Position numbers and translations under genes: made by a program. The notes under the pieces are model-generated. The model was not told where the DNA came from, ran no database searches, and worked only from the letters and a program-made list of their open reading frames with translations. Shown here piece after piece: positions 39,500 to 53,081 of a stretch of 64,000 nt of DNA. The DNA lies in the NCBI GenBank assembly GCA_013239625.1, contig MU057036.1:11252715-11316714 (forward strand). The letters are read 5' to 3'. How positions within the stretch are numbered: the first letter of the stretch is position 1; the number at the start of each line of letters is the position of its first letter. This stretch comes from Lama guanicoe. Taxonomy: Eukaryota.

Positions 39500-41160
39500 A
39501 CAGGAAACACAAAACAAAATGGTAAAGAAAATAAAAGTTTTGTATGTCACACAAAATAACGAAGAAGGCTCAACAGGCAATATTCGTAGAAAAAGATTAA
39601 TTTTCTCTTTTTATGTATATATATATATTTTAATACTTTAATCTTAAATATTAAACCACTAAAGACAGAATTTAGTCACATACTTAGCCACAGAGGAAAC
39701 TTTCACATGTTCAAAAAAGTTGAAGCTCCTTAGGCCACATTCTCTGAGTGTAGTTAAATGAAATTTAAAATAACCAAAGATCTGATTGGAACAAGCTGAA
39801 GCTATGTTGATATTTGCAAGTGAGGGAGGCATTTGTTAATGAGATTTTTTTTCCCCCTTGGAAAGTTTCAAGGGAAAATAATATGACATGCAGAGAAAGG
39901 GAGCTGTACTGAAAATTAAAGGTGTGGATAAGTAATTTTTTTAATATGATATCTGTATATATATATATACACACACACATACATATTTTATTTGTTATAT
40001 TAAGTGCATTTCTGCTTATTAAAGCTTTCATGTAATACCAATATATCAAGTCAGTGTGCAAAATGACATAGTGGGGAGGCACTGCCAGCTGTAAGAAAAT
40101 CAACACATCAGTTCTGCAAAATATGTTAAACATCAAAAAAATTGCAGTCTACATAATAATCAGGAACACAAGAATGGTAAGCCATAACATATGATAAATT
40201 TAATAATAAAATGTTCTTAATGAAATGCAGAGTAATAATAATAAAATAAAATAACCAAGGGTCCATAAAATGTCCTATCTAATTGGATCAAAGAAAAGGA
40301 AGAAAATCAAATTGCAAATTGCAGACCTCTAGGAGGAGTGAAAGGAGAACACTTCACACCTCACCCTGGAGTAGGCAGTCACAGCTCTGTGCAAGGAGCA
40401 TTTACAGATATGAACGTTATAATTAGAAGAGAAGAAAGAAAAATAAAGGAACTTACCACCCATCTTAAAGAATTCGTGAGAGAACAAAATCTAGGAAGAA
40501 GAATATAAAATGGATAAATCCTTTTAAGTCCAAGAAGGAAAAAGGAGGCCAAAACATTCAAAATTGGCAATGAAAAAGGAAGCCTAATTCTCAATACAGA
40601 TGCCATTAAAGAACTGTTGGAGAATAGAGCAACTCTATGGCAAAAAAAATAAAAAATAAAAGCTGTAAACTTATTTTATTTTATTTTATTTTATTTTATT
40701 TTATTTTATTTTATTTTATTTTATTTTTAATTGAAGTACAATCAATTACAATGTGTCAGTTTCTGGTGTACAGCACAATGTCCCAGTCATGCATATACAT
40801 ACATATATTTGTTTTCATATATTTTGAAAGCTTTAGATGACATAGATAATTTAAGCAAAATTTCCAAAATTGGCCCAAGATGGAGTGGGGGGGAACTTAA
40901 GTAGATCAGTTACCAAAGGGTGACTTGGAAAGATGATGAAAGAAATACTACAAAAAAAAGGCATCAGGTCCAGAAATTGTCTCAGGTTAGTTCTTTTAAA
41001 AAAGCCTTTTGAGACTAGAAAATTCTGATAGTATTAAACTTTTCCAAATGACAGAAAAAGCTAGGAATCTCTACGATTCACTTTGTAAAGAAATCGTAAC
41101 CTTAATACCAAACTTAACAACCTCATTGATTAGTACAAGTGCAGAAATTCTAAAGAAAAG
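39500..41160 (+). mobile_element. Old degraded L1 (ORF2 region) remnants with a nested young L1 tail (40671-40825, -)
   Basis: A-rich strand; AGGCATCAGGTCCAGA and AACCTTAATACCAAAC ORF2 motifs; nested TTGAAGTACAATCAATTACAATGTGTCAGTTTCTGGTGTACAGC. Confidence 0.6.
40671..40727. repeat. (TTTTA)n microsatellite derived from an L1 poly-A tail
   Basis: About 11 consecutive pentamer units. Confidence 0.95.
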
Positions 41161-41915
41161 GCTCTAGTCTATCTGCACGATAGGGGATCCTCCCAGCCCT
41201 GCTGAGCCCAGGGCCACCGACACATCAGATGTTGGGGACCACCTGTTATAATAACAATGCCTTACATTTTGCTGCAGAAAATTTTTTTCTGCACTCTTCC
41301 CTGTGAAGGAGATAAGACAGGTATTTTCTTTAAGGCAAGCCCAGGATTGCAGAGTAAGAACTAAGGACAGAAACAGAAATTGTTCTTTCCTTGCTCTGTT
41401 ATCATCTGTTACCTTTATCTGGACCTGAGAGCAAAGCCTGCTCCTTTTACTTTAATTTGCTTGATGAGTCAAATGAATTCAGAATGCAACTCTGGAAGCA
41501 GTCCTGAAACATTGTCAATTTTACAAAAAAAAGGGGGGGGCTTCTATTAAGAAATCAATTGAAACTTTGCGTTTTATTTCTGTAGCATGAACATTTCCAG
41601 TTAAATCATTTCATCCAAGTCCTTTTTTCCCCCTTAGTTTCATTCTCTTTTGTTTCCTGGCCAACCCAGACTGGAGCTTAGAGAAAATGATGAGATTTCT
41701 CTTAAACACACCAATCCTGCGAACGCTGTGTCACAACCCTTCCCCCCCACCTCAGCACCCACCCTGGACCGACACACGGGGGAAGGAGGGCAGGCACACA
41801 TGATATTCTTTTAGCCCGATATTCTTTTAGCCCCCTGTGGGGCTCACCTTACCAGGGAGAGAGGGACCAGTAGGTATCCAGGGAAAAGCAGATGGTCCAG
41901 TTGCCCTGGGACTTT

Positions 41916-42045
41916 TTTTTTTTTTTTTTGGTGGGAAAGTAATTAAGATTATTCATTTATTTATTTTTATTGGAGGTACTGAGGATCGAACCCAGGACCT
42001 TGTGCATGCTAGGCATGCACTCTACCACTGAGCTATACCCTCCCC
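41916..42045 (-). mobile_element. tRNA-derived SINE (Vic-1-like)
   Basis: Minus strand reads GGGGAGGGTATAGCTCAGTGGTAGAG...GGGTTCGATCC; poly(A) tail; TSD GGGACTTT at 41908 and 42046. Confidence 0.9.
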
Positions 42046-42257
42046 GGGACTTTCTTTTATCTTTGAAAGTATTAACACAGGCGTGACCTGCCCAGTAGAG
42101 ACTTTTCGAATGTTTACAACTCCAAGGTGTTCCCTTTGTCCCCATTTGAAACGAGATTTCGAACTCTCTCCTTGATACCTTGAAGTGGTCTTTTGCAAGG
42201 TGTTGAGATTCCATTTCTGAGCATGGTTTGGGTTTTTTCCTGTTCCTTCTCCCCCAG

Positions 42258-42429
42258 AGGAAAGAAAATACAAATGCCACTTGTGCCCCTATGCTGCTAA
42301 GTGCCGTGCAAACCTGAACCAGCACTTGACCGTCCACTCGGTGAAGCTGGTGAGTACGGACACCGAGGACATCGTGAGCGCCGTCACCTCTGAAGGCAGT
42401 GACGGGAAGAAGCACCCTTATTATTACAG
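42258..42429 (+). CDS. ZNF827: ZNF827 coding exon (172 nt, phase 1/2): EERKYKCHLCPYAAKCRANLNQHLTVHSVKLVSTDTEDIVSAVTSEGSDGKKHPYYY(S)
   Basis: ttccttctcccccAG acceptor (42256-42257); AG|GTGAGC donor at 42430; C2H2 finger; translated by hand because this frame is absent from the ORF track. Confidence 0.96.
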
Positions 42430-43503
42430 GTGAGCCGCCAGCGGAGCCCACCCGGGCTGCCCAGACCTTCCCGAACACTCCCTGCCCCTCTGCTGGGGCA
42501 CACATGTCAAGGCATCTCTTCTCTGACACAGTGCTGACCTTCCTTTTCATATTTGGCTTTGCTTGGATTGAACCCTGTGTTGCACTGACTCCTCTCCCGG
42601 CTGGGTGGCCCTGAGAGAGTTAAGTAAAAGGGAGATGGTCTGCGGGGCGGAGCCCCGGAGAGTGGCAGGGCTGCTCCCGGGTGATTAGCTGTGAGGTCTG
42701 TGCGGCTGGGAAGCTCCCAGCTTCCTAACTGAGAACCTCGCTGCTTCCTGAGAATTATCTGAAGGAAAAATCAACCTGAGAACTCTGAGGAAATAGCCCT
42801 GGAAGTATTGCCTGCTTTCCCTTGGCTGTGTTATCCTTTAGTACCTGGAATTTTGTGTTTCTCTTCCATAGTCAACCATGAATCTATATTTGGTTTGGTT
42901 GCTGTAAAATCCCAAGTTTCAGACTTGCTGTTGAATCTTGCCCGAGAGACGGGCTATCCAGATGGGAGGAAACTTGCTAGCTGTGTTTGCACGGAATGTC
43001 TCCAAGGAGGGCAACTTCTACCAGGATGGTCACAGACAGGGCTTGCTCCTGCTCCGAGTGCCACCTGGATGTGCGTCCATTCCTGCATGGAAGGTTTGCA
43101 GAGCCAGAGAGGGGCTCACCAGGTGTGCGGGGCGCTCAAGTTTATCAGTGCACCAGCACCGCTAATATCTTGGCAAGGCTGCCCCGCATCTCTTTGCCCA
43201 AAGGAATCAGTTAGGTGTTGGGCAGCATCTGGAATCTGTAATTTTTCATTAGCTTTATGACTATTAGCATCATTAGAGCATGTATGGGATTGTTACATTG
43301 TGCTCCAACTTAGTCCATTTGGCACGGTGACCACATCAGAGGCGTCCCAGAAAGCGGAAGAATTTCCTAACGCAAAGGCTTTTGGTGGGAGGAAAACCTG
43401 GGTCAAGGCCTGGATTTCAGAGGGTCCCGAGTCCAACTGGATAGCTTCTATTAGGAAGATCACTCTTCTCTCTCTGCTTCTCTTCATTGCCCCTCTGGTA
43501 CAG

Positions 43504-43670
43504 CTGTCACGTGTGTGGATTTGAGACCGAGCTCAATGTCCAGTTTGTCAGTCACATGTCGCTCCACGTGGACAAGGAGCAGTGGATGTTCTCCATCTGC
43601 TGCACGGCCTGCGACTTCGTCACCATGGAGGAAGCAGAGATAAAGGCTCACATCGGCACCAAGCACACAG
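43504..43670 (+). CDS. ZNF827: ZNF827 coding exon (167 nt, phase 2/1): SCHVCGFETELNVQFVSHMSLHVDKEQWMFSICCTACDFVTMEEAEIKAHIGTKHT, two C2H2 fingers
   Basis: Long pyrimidine tract and cAG at 43502-43503; donor CAG|GTGACC at 43671; matches part of ORF 43487..43867; phases agree with neighbours. Confidence 0.96.
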
Positions 43671-45348
43671 GTGACCCTCCCTGTCTGTCCTTCGCACCCA
43701 TCTCTCTTTCAACCCCAGTCGCCCTCCCCACCCCGCCCCCCATTCCCCGGCAGGGGCATCCTCTTCACCAGGCGACACTGACATTTCCTTCCAGAAGGAG
43801 GGGCTTTCTCCGGGTGGTAGGGCCACTTCTCCCATTGTCTGGCCTGGCTTGTGCCGCGCTGATCTGACAGCCACACAAGCAGTTGAAGGGTGCGGGCTGT
43901 TGGCTTGTTCCTCATCCTGATCATCATCATTGTAGCCAGCAGTCATCCAGCTTTTACAATGTCCCAGGCTTGCGCCTTTGCGCTCTAGATCTCATTTAAG
44001 CTTAAAACAACCCTCTGCAGTCAGTACCATTGTCAGCATACTAGCCAGGGGGAGAAACTGAGGCTTCAGGTGTCCACCAGGATGTGACTCCAGAAACTCA
44101 GACCAGCACAGTTTCATGCTGGAGCCCACTCTCTGTATCACTGCTGTCCTGGCAGCCCCGTGCAGCCCTTGGCAGAGTTCTGCGCCTTTCTGTTTTATGG
44201 TGCCAGAGTACCGCAAACATCATTCTGCGGGCTGTGCTCCTCTTCCCTTGAACTGCAGCCCAGACACCCTCCAGAATGATGCCCTAGCAGTTCTGTCCAG
44301 AGATAAAGAAAACCGGCTTCTCCCGAAACAACCCAATGTCTCTCTTGGCTGCAGCCAAGACTTTGCCAGGGCTGTCCTTTCCTGTAAGGCTCTTGCCATG
44401 CTGGTTAACTTCTTCCATTTAATGATGTTAACATTTTGACTTCACCGTGCAATTGTTCTCTCCCAAGTGATGGTTACAAATGACACCAGCGCGGAGTCAT
44501 TAAATTAGGAGGAGGAGGAGATCCCGCTGTATTTCCCAGGGCTTCCAAGTTACACTGCTGACCACCAGCCCCAGGCGTTGGGTCAGCCCCCCGCATCCTC
44601 AGCACTTGAAGGATTCAGGAAGGGGAATCTCCCTGACGATGTGCACGGCCGTGAAGTCTCTGTGCTTTCCTGGCCGCTTTGGCTCCATGGTGCCAACAGC
44701 AATAAAAGCTTGTTTTTGTCAGTAAGTTGAGCAGCTATGACTCGGAGGTCTGCAGAGAGCCGTTAGGCTGAGTGAGAAGGTGCCGTTTTTACAGTCAGTT
44801 GTCTGACCGTAACCACATTAGCACCGTGGGCAGCAGGTGAGCTGGGAAACTCACATCGAAGACAAATTAAATTTAGCATTTCTGGAGTGGCCAGCCTCTG
44901 TTCCATTTCCACTGGCTTTTCAGGTATTCTTTTTTCTCTCTCTTTTCTATTACACGTCCTTTCTTCTCGCCCTCCCCACCCCAAAGCATGCCCACACCTA
45001 GCCGAGAACCTTCCCTTCCCCCTCCCCCCTCCGCAGCCCCCTCCACCACCACCTCCAGGAAACCATAGAAACCATAATGGCTGGAAGGAAGTTGGACTTA
45101 GAATCACTTGACTGTCATCACTGGAAACTTCACATTCACAAGTAACCGATGCAAACATACTTCTCAGTTGCCACGGGGAACACAGCGACGATCTGTTCCC
45201 TCTGAGGTGGTGGGGCTCCTGGTGTAGCGGTGTGTTAGCACAGAGAGCCGAGAGTGAGATGCACTGAAGGACTGTCTTTTCTAACACAGTAGAAGCCTTA
45301 AATGCTGCGGCTATTAGGGAATAAGGTTATATCCTATTTTATAAGCCA

Positions 45349-45570
45349 AGGGTGCTAGCAAGGGTTTTTCTTTTAAGGGCCAGATAGTAGCTATCTTAGA
45401 CTTTCAGGCTGTGCAGTTTCTGTCCCTGCTGTTCAGCTGTGCTGTTGGAATTGGAATGGAGCCCTGGACAGTATGCAAATGAATGGGTGTGGCAGCATTC
45501 CATGGGAGCTTTATTTACAAAGGCACAGAGGCTAGATTTGGCCCGAGGGTTCTAGTTGGCTGACCCCCAT
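45349..45570. mobile_element. MER58-like hAT-Charlie element
   Basis: AAGGGCCAGATAGTA...GCAAATGAATGGGTGTGGC...GATTTGGCCC...GCTGACCCC motifs. Confidence 0.8.
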
Positions 45571-45924
45571 TATAAGCTAAAAGGCCTCACAGTGAGGGTT
45601 TCTTGTCTTTTGCTGCTGCTTTGAGGTGGTTTTGACCCAAAATATATACATCTAAATTGTAATTAATAAGCTGTGCAGTTGCAAAGTTATGATATAAAAG
45701 CACTATGTATGCTATGTAATACAGACAATGTATATTCCTAAGAATAAGGAGTTTATCCAAGGCACGGCTGCGTCTCCAGCACCTGGACCCGTGGCTGCTT
45801 GGTGTGGGTGGAGAGAAACTTTCATCCAGTGAATGAATGGATGTGTGCAAATGCATCCACACACACGTGTGCATGCAAGTAAGAAAATTACTCAGCCATG
45901 GCCCTTGCCTAACCTTAGTATGTA

Positions 45925-46422
45925 CAGGCATACCTTGTTTTATTGCATTTTGCCTTGTTTCTTTTCGCAGATTTTTTTTTTTTAAGCAAATTGAAGATTT
46001 GTGGCAACCCTGCATCGGGCTAGTCTGTTAGCACCATTTTTCAACGTTTGCCGACTTTATGTCTCTGTGTCATATTTTGGTAATTCTTGTGATATTTTAA
46101 ACTTTTTGTTATCATTATATTTGTTATGGTGGTCTGTGGTCAGTGATCATTGATATTGCTGTTGCAAAGAAATTGTGCCTCGCTGAAAAAGGCTCAGATG
46201 ACAGCATTTTTTAGCAATAAAGTGCCTTTTAATTAAGGTATGTACATTTTTTTAGACATAATTCTGTTGCCCACTTAATAGACTACAGTGTAGTGTAAAC
46301 ATAACTTTTATATACACCAGGACACCAAAAAATTCATGTGTAAATTCATGTGACTTTATTGCGGTATTTGCTTTCTTGCTGTGGTCTGGAACCGACCCTG
46401 CAGCGTCTCTGAGGTCGGCCTG
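45925..46422 (+). mobile_element. Non-autonomous Tigger1 derivative (Tigger1a-like)
   Basis: TA-CAGGCATACCTTGTTTTATTGC...TTGAAGATTTGTGGCAACCCTG start; degenerate inverted end GAGGTCGGCCTG. Confidence 0.85.
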
Positions 46423-47939
46423 TGTGGAAGAAGTTACTGGGATGGAGGAGAGCACACACTGAATTCCAGATCCCGGTTCTAGACCCCATGTTACCGCAAG
46501 GCACTGCGAATGCAGGCACTCATGTTAACTTCTCTGGGCCTCCATCCGTTCCCTGAGGTTTTAAATGCGCAGGAGCTGCCGGACAGGCCTGAGATTCCCT
46601 GTGAGCCTCGTTCTCTCATCCAATTTACCTGTCGTAGGAACAGGCATCCTTCATTTCAGCGCCTTGGGAGATCTGAAATGCTTTCTTGGTACCTAATGAA
46701 GTTGTAATCTACAGCTTTGATCAATAGCAGGTTTTGGCTTCGATAAGTGGCCTATCTTGTGATTCTCCCACAGAATCCACGTGCTTTCTCATACCTCCTT
46801 ACTGGCAACTCTTACCCACGACACACTTGTGAGTCTGAAGAACTGTTCTCTGTTTGGTGTTTCTTCCTTCACACCTCCTTGCCCTCTGTCTGCCCTGGTC
46901 CTTGCGGAGGACATCAGCGAGGGAAAAGCAGTCCCTCTGGTGCTGTTGACTTCTCAATGCAGATTTTGCTGCAGTTTTTAAATGTTGCGATAATGGCAGT
47001 TGAGGATTTTGAATAGCTCTTTGGAAAAAACAACCATCAATAATTCACGTCACATAGATGCCAAAATAAGTGCCAGATGACTGACACAATCCCTGTTAAC
47101 CAAGCAGCCCCAGAAAGGCTTGAAGAAAATAGAATATTTATCACACTTACAGAGTGAGAAGGATCTGTAAAAGCTTAAGTGACGCAAGACATCTCAGAGG
47201 AAGAGGATCAAGGGATTCGACACAGGAACATTTCCTCTCTTTGCGAAAGAGAAGAAAAAGGGAAAACAAAAAACCACAGTCTGAAAAATGTGTTTGTAAA
47301 AATGACAAAAGGCCAATATATTCACAACATAGAAAATTTATGTAAACTGATAAACACTTTAGGTCATGAACAGTCAGTTCATCATAAAAGAAAGAAAAGC
47401 TAATCACTCAACGTCAGGGTAAGTGTTCAGCCTCGCTAGCAGTCAGCCTGAAACTCAGGAGTGGCTTATCTTTCACTATTAAGTTAGGAGCACGTCGCCC
47501 AGGTACCCACTGTTGCCAAAAGCGGCTGATTCTCTTGTGACGATGGCCCTGCAAAGTGGTAGGACTTTTGAAAACTAATGAATATTTACCGAGAGGCTGG
47601 AAAATGTAAGGCTCTGTGACCCAGTAATCCCACTTCTGAGAATTTATCTGTAGGGGAAAAAAAAAAACCGAAACAGTGGAATATTCATTTTAACTGAAAA
47701 TGTAATTTTAAGGCAATATTTAAATAAAGTAGGATCGGTCCACTCCATGGATATAATACTGTCATTTAAAACTATTAATTGGTAATTCTTCTTTTAAGTC
47801 TTGTGAGAGCCAACTCTGCTCCACGTATATCAAACAGCAAGGGAAAATGCAAAGTGTTCGTGGTTACTATCCTTATTGTATTTTGTAAATACTATATGTT
47901 ATATTTTATAATATAATAATAATGACATATTCTTCAATA

Positions 47940-48170
47940 ATCCTTACCACGAGCCAGGCATTGCTCTTAGTGCTTTGCATGTAAAAGCCCATTTAATCCT
48001 CACAACAAACATATGAGGCAGGTGCTGGAATTAGCCCCTTTTTTTAGATGAATGAGATAATTGAGGCACAAAGTTAAATCGTTGTCCCAGGTCATACAGC
48101 TACTAAGGGGTATAGGTGGCATTCAAAGTCAAATATTCTGAATCTGAAGTCCTTATTCTGAACCACTATG
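47940..48170 (-). mobile_element. MIR
   Basis: GCCAGGCATTG...CATTTAATCCTCACAACAA...TTAGATGA...TGAGGCACA...AGGTCATACAGCTA. Confidence 0.8.
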
Positions 48171-48189
48171 CAATTAATGGCAATACCTT

Positions 48190-48410
48190 TATTTATTTAC
48201 TTTGAATTTTCTTTTTCATTGAAGTGTAGTTGATTTACAATGTGAGTTACAGGTGTACAGCAAAATATTCAGTTGTACATATAGATACATAGATACTTCC
48301 TTTTCAGATTCTTTTCCCTTATATGTTATTACAAGAAACTGAATATAGTTCCCTGTGCTATACAGTAGGTCCTTGTGGTCTATCTATTTTGTATATCGTA
48401 ATGTGTATCA
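48190..48410 (-). mobile_element. L1 3' end fragment
   Basis: ATTGAAGTGTAGTTGATTTACAAT...CCCTGTGCTATACAGTAGGTCCTTG; same family as the copies at 22965 and 33560. Confidence 0.85.
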
Positions 48411-49983
48411 ACAGTTTTAAAATAGATGCTTACCTTGAGGGGGGGTAGCTTAAAACCACAGAAATTTATTATCTTACAGTTCTCCAGGTCAGAGTCTCAG
48501 ACTAGTCTTACGGGAATAAAATCAAGATGTTGGTGAGGCTGTGTTCATTCTGAGACCTGAGGAGAGATCAGTTTCCTTGAGGTGCTTCCTTTTTAAAAAA
48601 TAAAAAGAAGAACACCAGAAATATAATGGTGCTTGTACTGAGACAGCAAATTGGTTGGTACTCTTTTATAAAGTCTCAGTTTCTCAACGTGTGTCATTTT
48701 CAATTAGAAAATCTTCAGATTTTTAAAGTTCTCTTTAGTTGGCCGTCCTAGTGTTTGAGGTTGCATTACCCGTGCATGGGTGTCGTTCACCAGAAATCTC
48801 TGTGATGCTGAAGATCAGTGACCCCTGGGATCACAATGACAGCCTTGGGTTGGGTTGATAAGGATACCCTGGCTCACTCCTTAAGAGAGACTGGAAGGAG
48901 ATGGGGACCGAGAGGAGAGGATGCCAGATAGACCTGCAATTACAAATCGAGCAGGCTGGGCTGTTTCCCAAAGTGCCTTCTGTGGCACCTGGATATTTGT
49001 AAATTTATTCATTTAGGTAGCTCTCCTTGGTGCCATAAGCCTGAGGGTACTTGGAGCTGTTCTCCAAGGTGGTCATTAAAATTATCTATTTTAACTTGAA
49101 AAACAAGATTAAAATAACCATCCGCAATATTCTGCTGGTCAGGCCAGTCTTAGAGAATGGATTTGGCAAACAGCGTCAGGGACTCAGGACTCCCACTGAA
49201 AATATTCTCTTTGTCTACAAAATGTGACTGAGCTGGTTACATATTTAGATAAGAGACTGGCAGTAATGGTGCTGGCTTTCCTTGTACCAAAAGAAGAGTA
49301 TATGGTAAAGGTATATACTCCCTAAGGGAGGTCACGTACTCAACCAAGTTCATTTCCGCTAGGGAACAAGATTTTAAAAACTATAAACTGAAGTAAGAGT
49401 TGTCCGCTCTGGGCATATGGGCAGGTCTGACTGGAACAGGACTTAAAATCTTATAAGCAGGTAAATAGTTCTCCTTCCTCTTTTTAAAAACTTTTTTTTT
49501 GGTTGGAAAAGTAACGTGTGGTCACTCTAGAAAATTTTGAAAACCAAATCAAAGAAAACAAGTCTAATGCTGATCATTTCTCACACTAGCTGTGACCACC
49601 GTTACATGTTTGTTTACTTCTGGACTTTTTATGCCCATATAAAAAATGTGACTTGTTTTTTTATCCCCTAATAAAGGAAGTTTGTTTCTAGAGTTTACAA
49701 TCACTTGATGACTTAATTGACCGATGTGAAGGGAACTGAAGCACGGTCTTACATTTTCTACCGTAACCTGAAATTATGGGGTTGCATTGAATTGGCTTGG
49801 GGAGAATTGATGTCTTAACTATATGGAGTCTCCTGAACATGAAGAGTGTATATAGCCCTCCAGTTATTTGGGGTTTATGGTGTACATTTTTTATTTATTA
49901 CTGTATATGTCAAGTGATATTATAACACTTCATAGATAGTATGAGAACTGCACAATGATTTCTCCTCTCTCAGCCTTTATGTT

Positions 49984-50270
49984 TTTTTTTTACATTTTTA
50001 TTGATTCATAATCATTTTACAGTGTTGTGTCAAATTCCAGTGTTCAGTACAATTTTTCAGTTATACATGGGCATATACACACTCATTGTCACATTTTTTT
50101 CTCTGTGATTTATCATAACATTTTGTGTATATTTCCCTGTGCTATACAGTGTAATCTTGTTTATCTGTTCTACAATTTTGAAATCCCAGTCTATCCCTTC
50201 CCACCCTCTACCCCGCCCCCCCCCCGGTAACCACAAGTCTGTATTCTCTGTCCATGAGTCCATTTCTGGA
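49984..50270 (-). mobile_element. Young L1 3' end
   Basis: Poly-T, L1 3'-UTR complement and G-rich tract on the minus strand; TSD CTTTATGTT at 49975 and 50271. Confidence 0.88.
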
Positions 50271-50339
50271 CTTTATGTTATTGTTGTCATAAACCTATTA
50301 TACCTGTTTTAAGAAGAAAAACTCATCTATCCATGTGGT

Positions 50340-51860
50340 CATCATGTCTAGTGTTCTTCATTCTTTTGTGTAAATCCATTTTTCACAGGTGGTGTCTTTT
50401 TCCTTCTGCCTGAAGAATTTCTTTTAACATTTCTGGTAATTTGAGTCTGCTGGTGATGAATTCTTTCAGCTTCTTTTTTTTTTTTTTCTTTGCTTTTGTA
50501 TTTGAAATATATTTTCACTGGATGTAAAGTTTCAGGTTGACAGTCATTTCTTTCATTGCTTAACATCCAGGGAGAAATCTGCTGTATGCTTATTTTTGTT
50601 CCTCTGCACATAACGTATCCTTTCTCCTCTGGCTGCTTTTAGGATCTTTTTCTTTATCACTGGCTTTGAGCAGTTTGATTACGATGTGCCTTGGTATAGA
50701 TTTCATCATCTTCCTGGTGCTTGGGGTTTGTTGTGTTTCTTGGATCTCTGGGTTTGTGGTTTTCCTCAAATTGGGAAAAATTTTGGCGTTTTCAAATATT
50801 TTTCCTGCCCTCCCCACCCCATAAGGGACTTCAGTAAAACCTATATTAATCTACCCGAACAGGTAGCTCACTGATTCTCTTTTCATTTTTCGTGGTTCTT
50901 TTTTCTGTGTTTCATTTCAGATCATTTCTGTTGCTAGTATCTTCAAGTTCACTTATCTTTCTTCTGCCATGTCTAAATTGCTGGCAGTCCCATCCAGTGT
51001 ATTCTTCATCTCTGACACTGTAATTTTCAACTCTAGAAATTTAGATTGGGTCTTTTTAATCTCTTTTATATCTCTGCTTAACTTTTTGAGCATACGGAGT
51101 ACAGTTACCAAACCTGTGCTTACATCCTTGTCTGCAGATTCTAGCAACTTTGTCAGTTCCGAGTCAGTTTTGATTGGTTGCTTATTCTTCCCATTTGGGG
51201 TTGTGCTTTCTCGTTTGGCATGCCTGGTAATCTTTGTTTATATGTCAGACATTGTGGTTTTTCCCTTCCTGGGTGCTGGATATTTTATATTCCTAGAAAT
51301 ATTCTTGATCTTTGTCTTAGGATGCAGTTAATTACTTGGAAACTTTGATCCTTTTGGGGGTTTCTGGCTTTAATGATTTGTCAGGCGGGTCTGAAGCAGT
51401 GACCCCTCTAGGGCTAATCAGTACCCAGTGTTAAAAGATCTTTCTTGATTTTCTGCCCAATGCCTCAGGAATTATGAGGTTTTCTAATCTGGCCATTGGA
51501 AATGGACCCTGTTCACTAAGCCTTTCATATGGCTTTTTTTTCCCTCCAACTTTGGGCAATTTCCTCACACACATGCTCTGATCCCTACACTGCTGAATGC
51601 CCTCGGGGGAACCCTCTGCAGGTGTCTGAGTTCCTCTCCTGTGCTGCTCTGTCCTGCAAAGCCCTGTCATGTTGATGTCCTCAAATCCTCAGCTCTCTCT
51701 TCTCATCTCAGTGAGTCTGCTGGGCAGGTCCCCATCCCGGCACTGCAGCCTGGGAAGAAACGTCTCTCAAGGCAGGAAGCAGGACAGTCGGAGGGCCCAC
51801 CTCTTTTCTTTCCTCTCTCTCAGGGGTCCCTCTTCTTCACTGCCTTGTATCCAATGCTGT
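50340..51860 (-). mobile_element. Old L1M 5' region with frameshifted ORF1
   Basis: Minus-strand ORFs give L1 ORF1p-like peptides (FLELKITVSEMKNTLDG; NPEIQETQQTP...PRHIVIKLLK; CQPETLHPVKIYFK). Confidence 0.88.
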
Positions 51861-51879
51861 GACAACCACTGATGAAGAA

Positions 51880-52100
51880 GACGGACCCTAGAGCCTGACC
51901 AACTGAAATCTCTGCTCTGCCACTTCCTAGCCATGTGACTGAGGCCAAGTTAACCTGACTGCCTCCTTCCCCTCGTCTGCAAGATGGGGGTGACAACAGT
52001 CATGCCTCTTTGGGTTTTGGAGAGGATAAAATGAGATAATGCATTGCAAGCATGACACAGTTCCTCACACTCAGTAACATGTCCATCTTAGCTATTATTG
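51880..52100 (+). mobile_element. MIR
   Basis: CTCTGCCACTTCCTAGCCATGTGAC...AAATGAGATAATGCAT...TTAGCTATTATTG. Confidence 0.8.
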
Positions 52101-52354
52101 TCATTTTTATCTTAATTATTAAAAGATCCCAATAAACACTTGTCAAATAAATGAATATCTACTCCTGGCCCATGAACCACAAGTACCCTCACCACAGGTC
52201 CAGCACTGGGACAGCTGGAAACCTCAGCCTGTGCTCCCTGAGTGATGATGTGGCCATGAGGCCCCAGCTCCCTGCCCCCATCACTGCTGTTATTCTAGGG
52301 TTTTCATCTCCTAAATAACAGACCTGGGGTTTCTTTGTTTGTTTTAATTTTCAG

Positions 52355-52546
52355 GGGAAGACAGGAAGACCCCCAGTGAATCAAACAGCCCCTCTTCATC
52401 CTCCCTCTCCGCTCTGAGTGATTCAGCCAACAGCAAGGACGATTCCGACAGCTCCCAGAAAAACAAGAGCGGAAACAACCTGCTGGTCATCTCGGTCGTG
52501 CCCGGGAGCCAGCCCTCACTGAACAGCGAGGAAAAGCCAGAGAAGG
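52355..52546 (+). CDS. ZNF827: ZNF827 coding exon (192 nt, phase 1/1): GEDRKTPSESNSPSSSSLSALSDSANSKDDSDSSQKNKSGNNLLVISVVPGSQPSLNSEEKPEK, Ser-rich linker
   Basis: tttgttttaattttcAG acceptor (52353-52354); donor G|GTAAGG at 52547; open in the required phase. Confidence 0.95.
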
Positions 52547-52903
52547 GTAAGGGAGGAGGTAGGCTGGCCAGCTCAGCCCTACACGGTGTCGGGGGATGTG
52601 CAGTCTTAAGAATAAGCCCTTGAGAGAAGCGATGTTGGAAAATAAATACGAAGCCTGAGAACAACCTAATATGTATCATCTACAATTTGGGTGTGTTTTT
52701 TTGGCTTCATTTACATCCCAGTGCAGGGTGGAAGGATGGGGAGTGTGGTATTAATTCCGCTAACTCCTTTTAGCATGGAGATGCAGGGCACAGTACCTGG
52801 AAGGGTCTAGCTAGAGGGGAGCAGGAGCGGGGAGGGCTGCCCGACTCCCGGCCTCCTGTTCCTCTGCCCCACGCACCTGTACACCCAGTCTTGGTCCTTT
52901 CAG

Positions 52904-53081
52904 GGTTCGAATGTGTTTTTTGCAACTTTGTCTGCAAGACGAAGAACATGTTTGAGCGCCATCTGCAGATACACCTCATCACCCGGATGTTTGAGTGTGA
53001 CGTGTGCCACAAGTTCATGAAGACCCCTGAACAGCTGCTGGAGCATAAGAAATGCCACACTGTCCCCACCGGTGGGCTCAA
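52904..53081 (+). CDS. ZNF827: ZNF827 coding exon (178 nt, phase 1/2): GFECVFCNFVCKTKNMFERHLQIHLITRMFECDVCHKFMKTPEQLLEHKKCHTVPTGGL, two C2H2 fingers
   Basis: cctttcAG acceptor (52902-52903); donor AA|GTAAGG at 53082; matches ORF 52891..53085. Confidence 0.96.

Noticed and set aside
41957-42550. 197-aa minus-strand ORF
   Set aside because: Antisense shadow of a coding exon running into a SINE; no independent coding signal.
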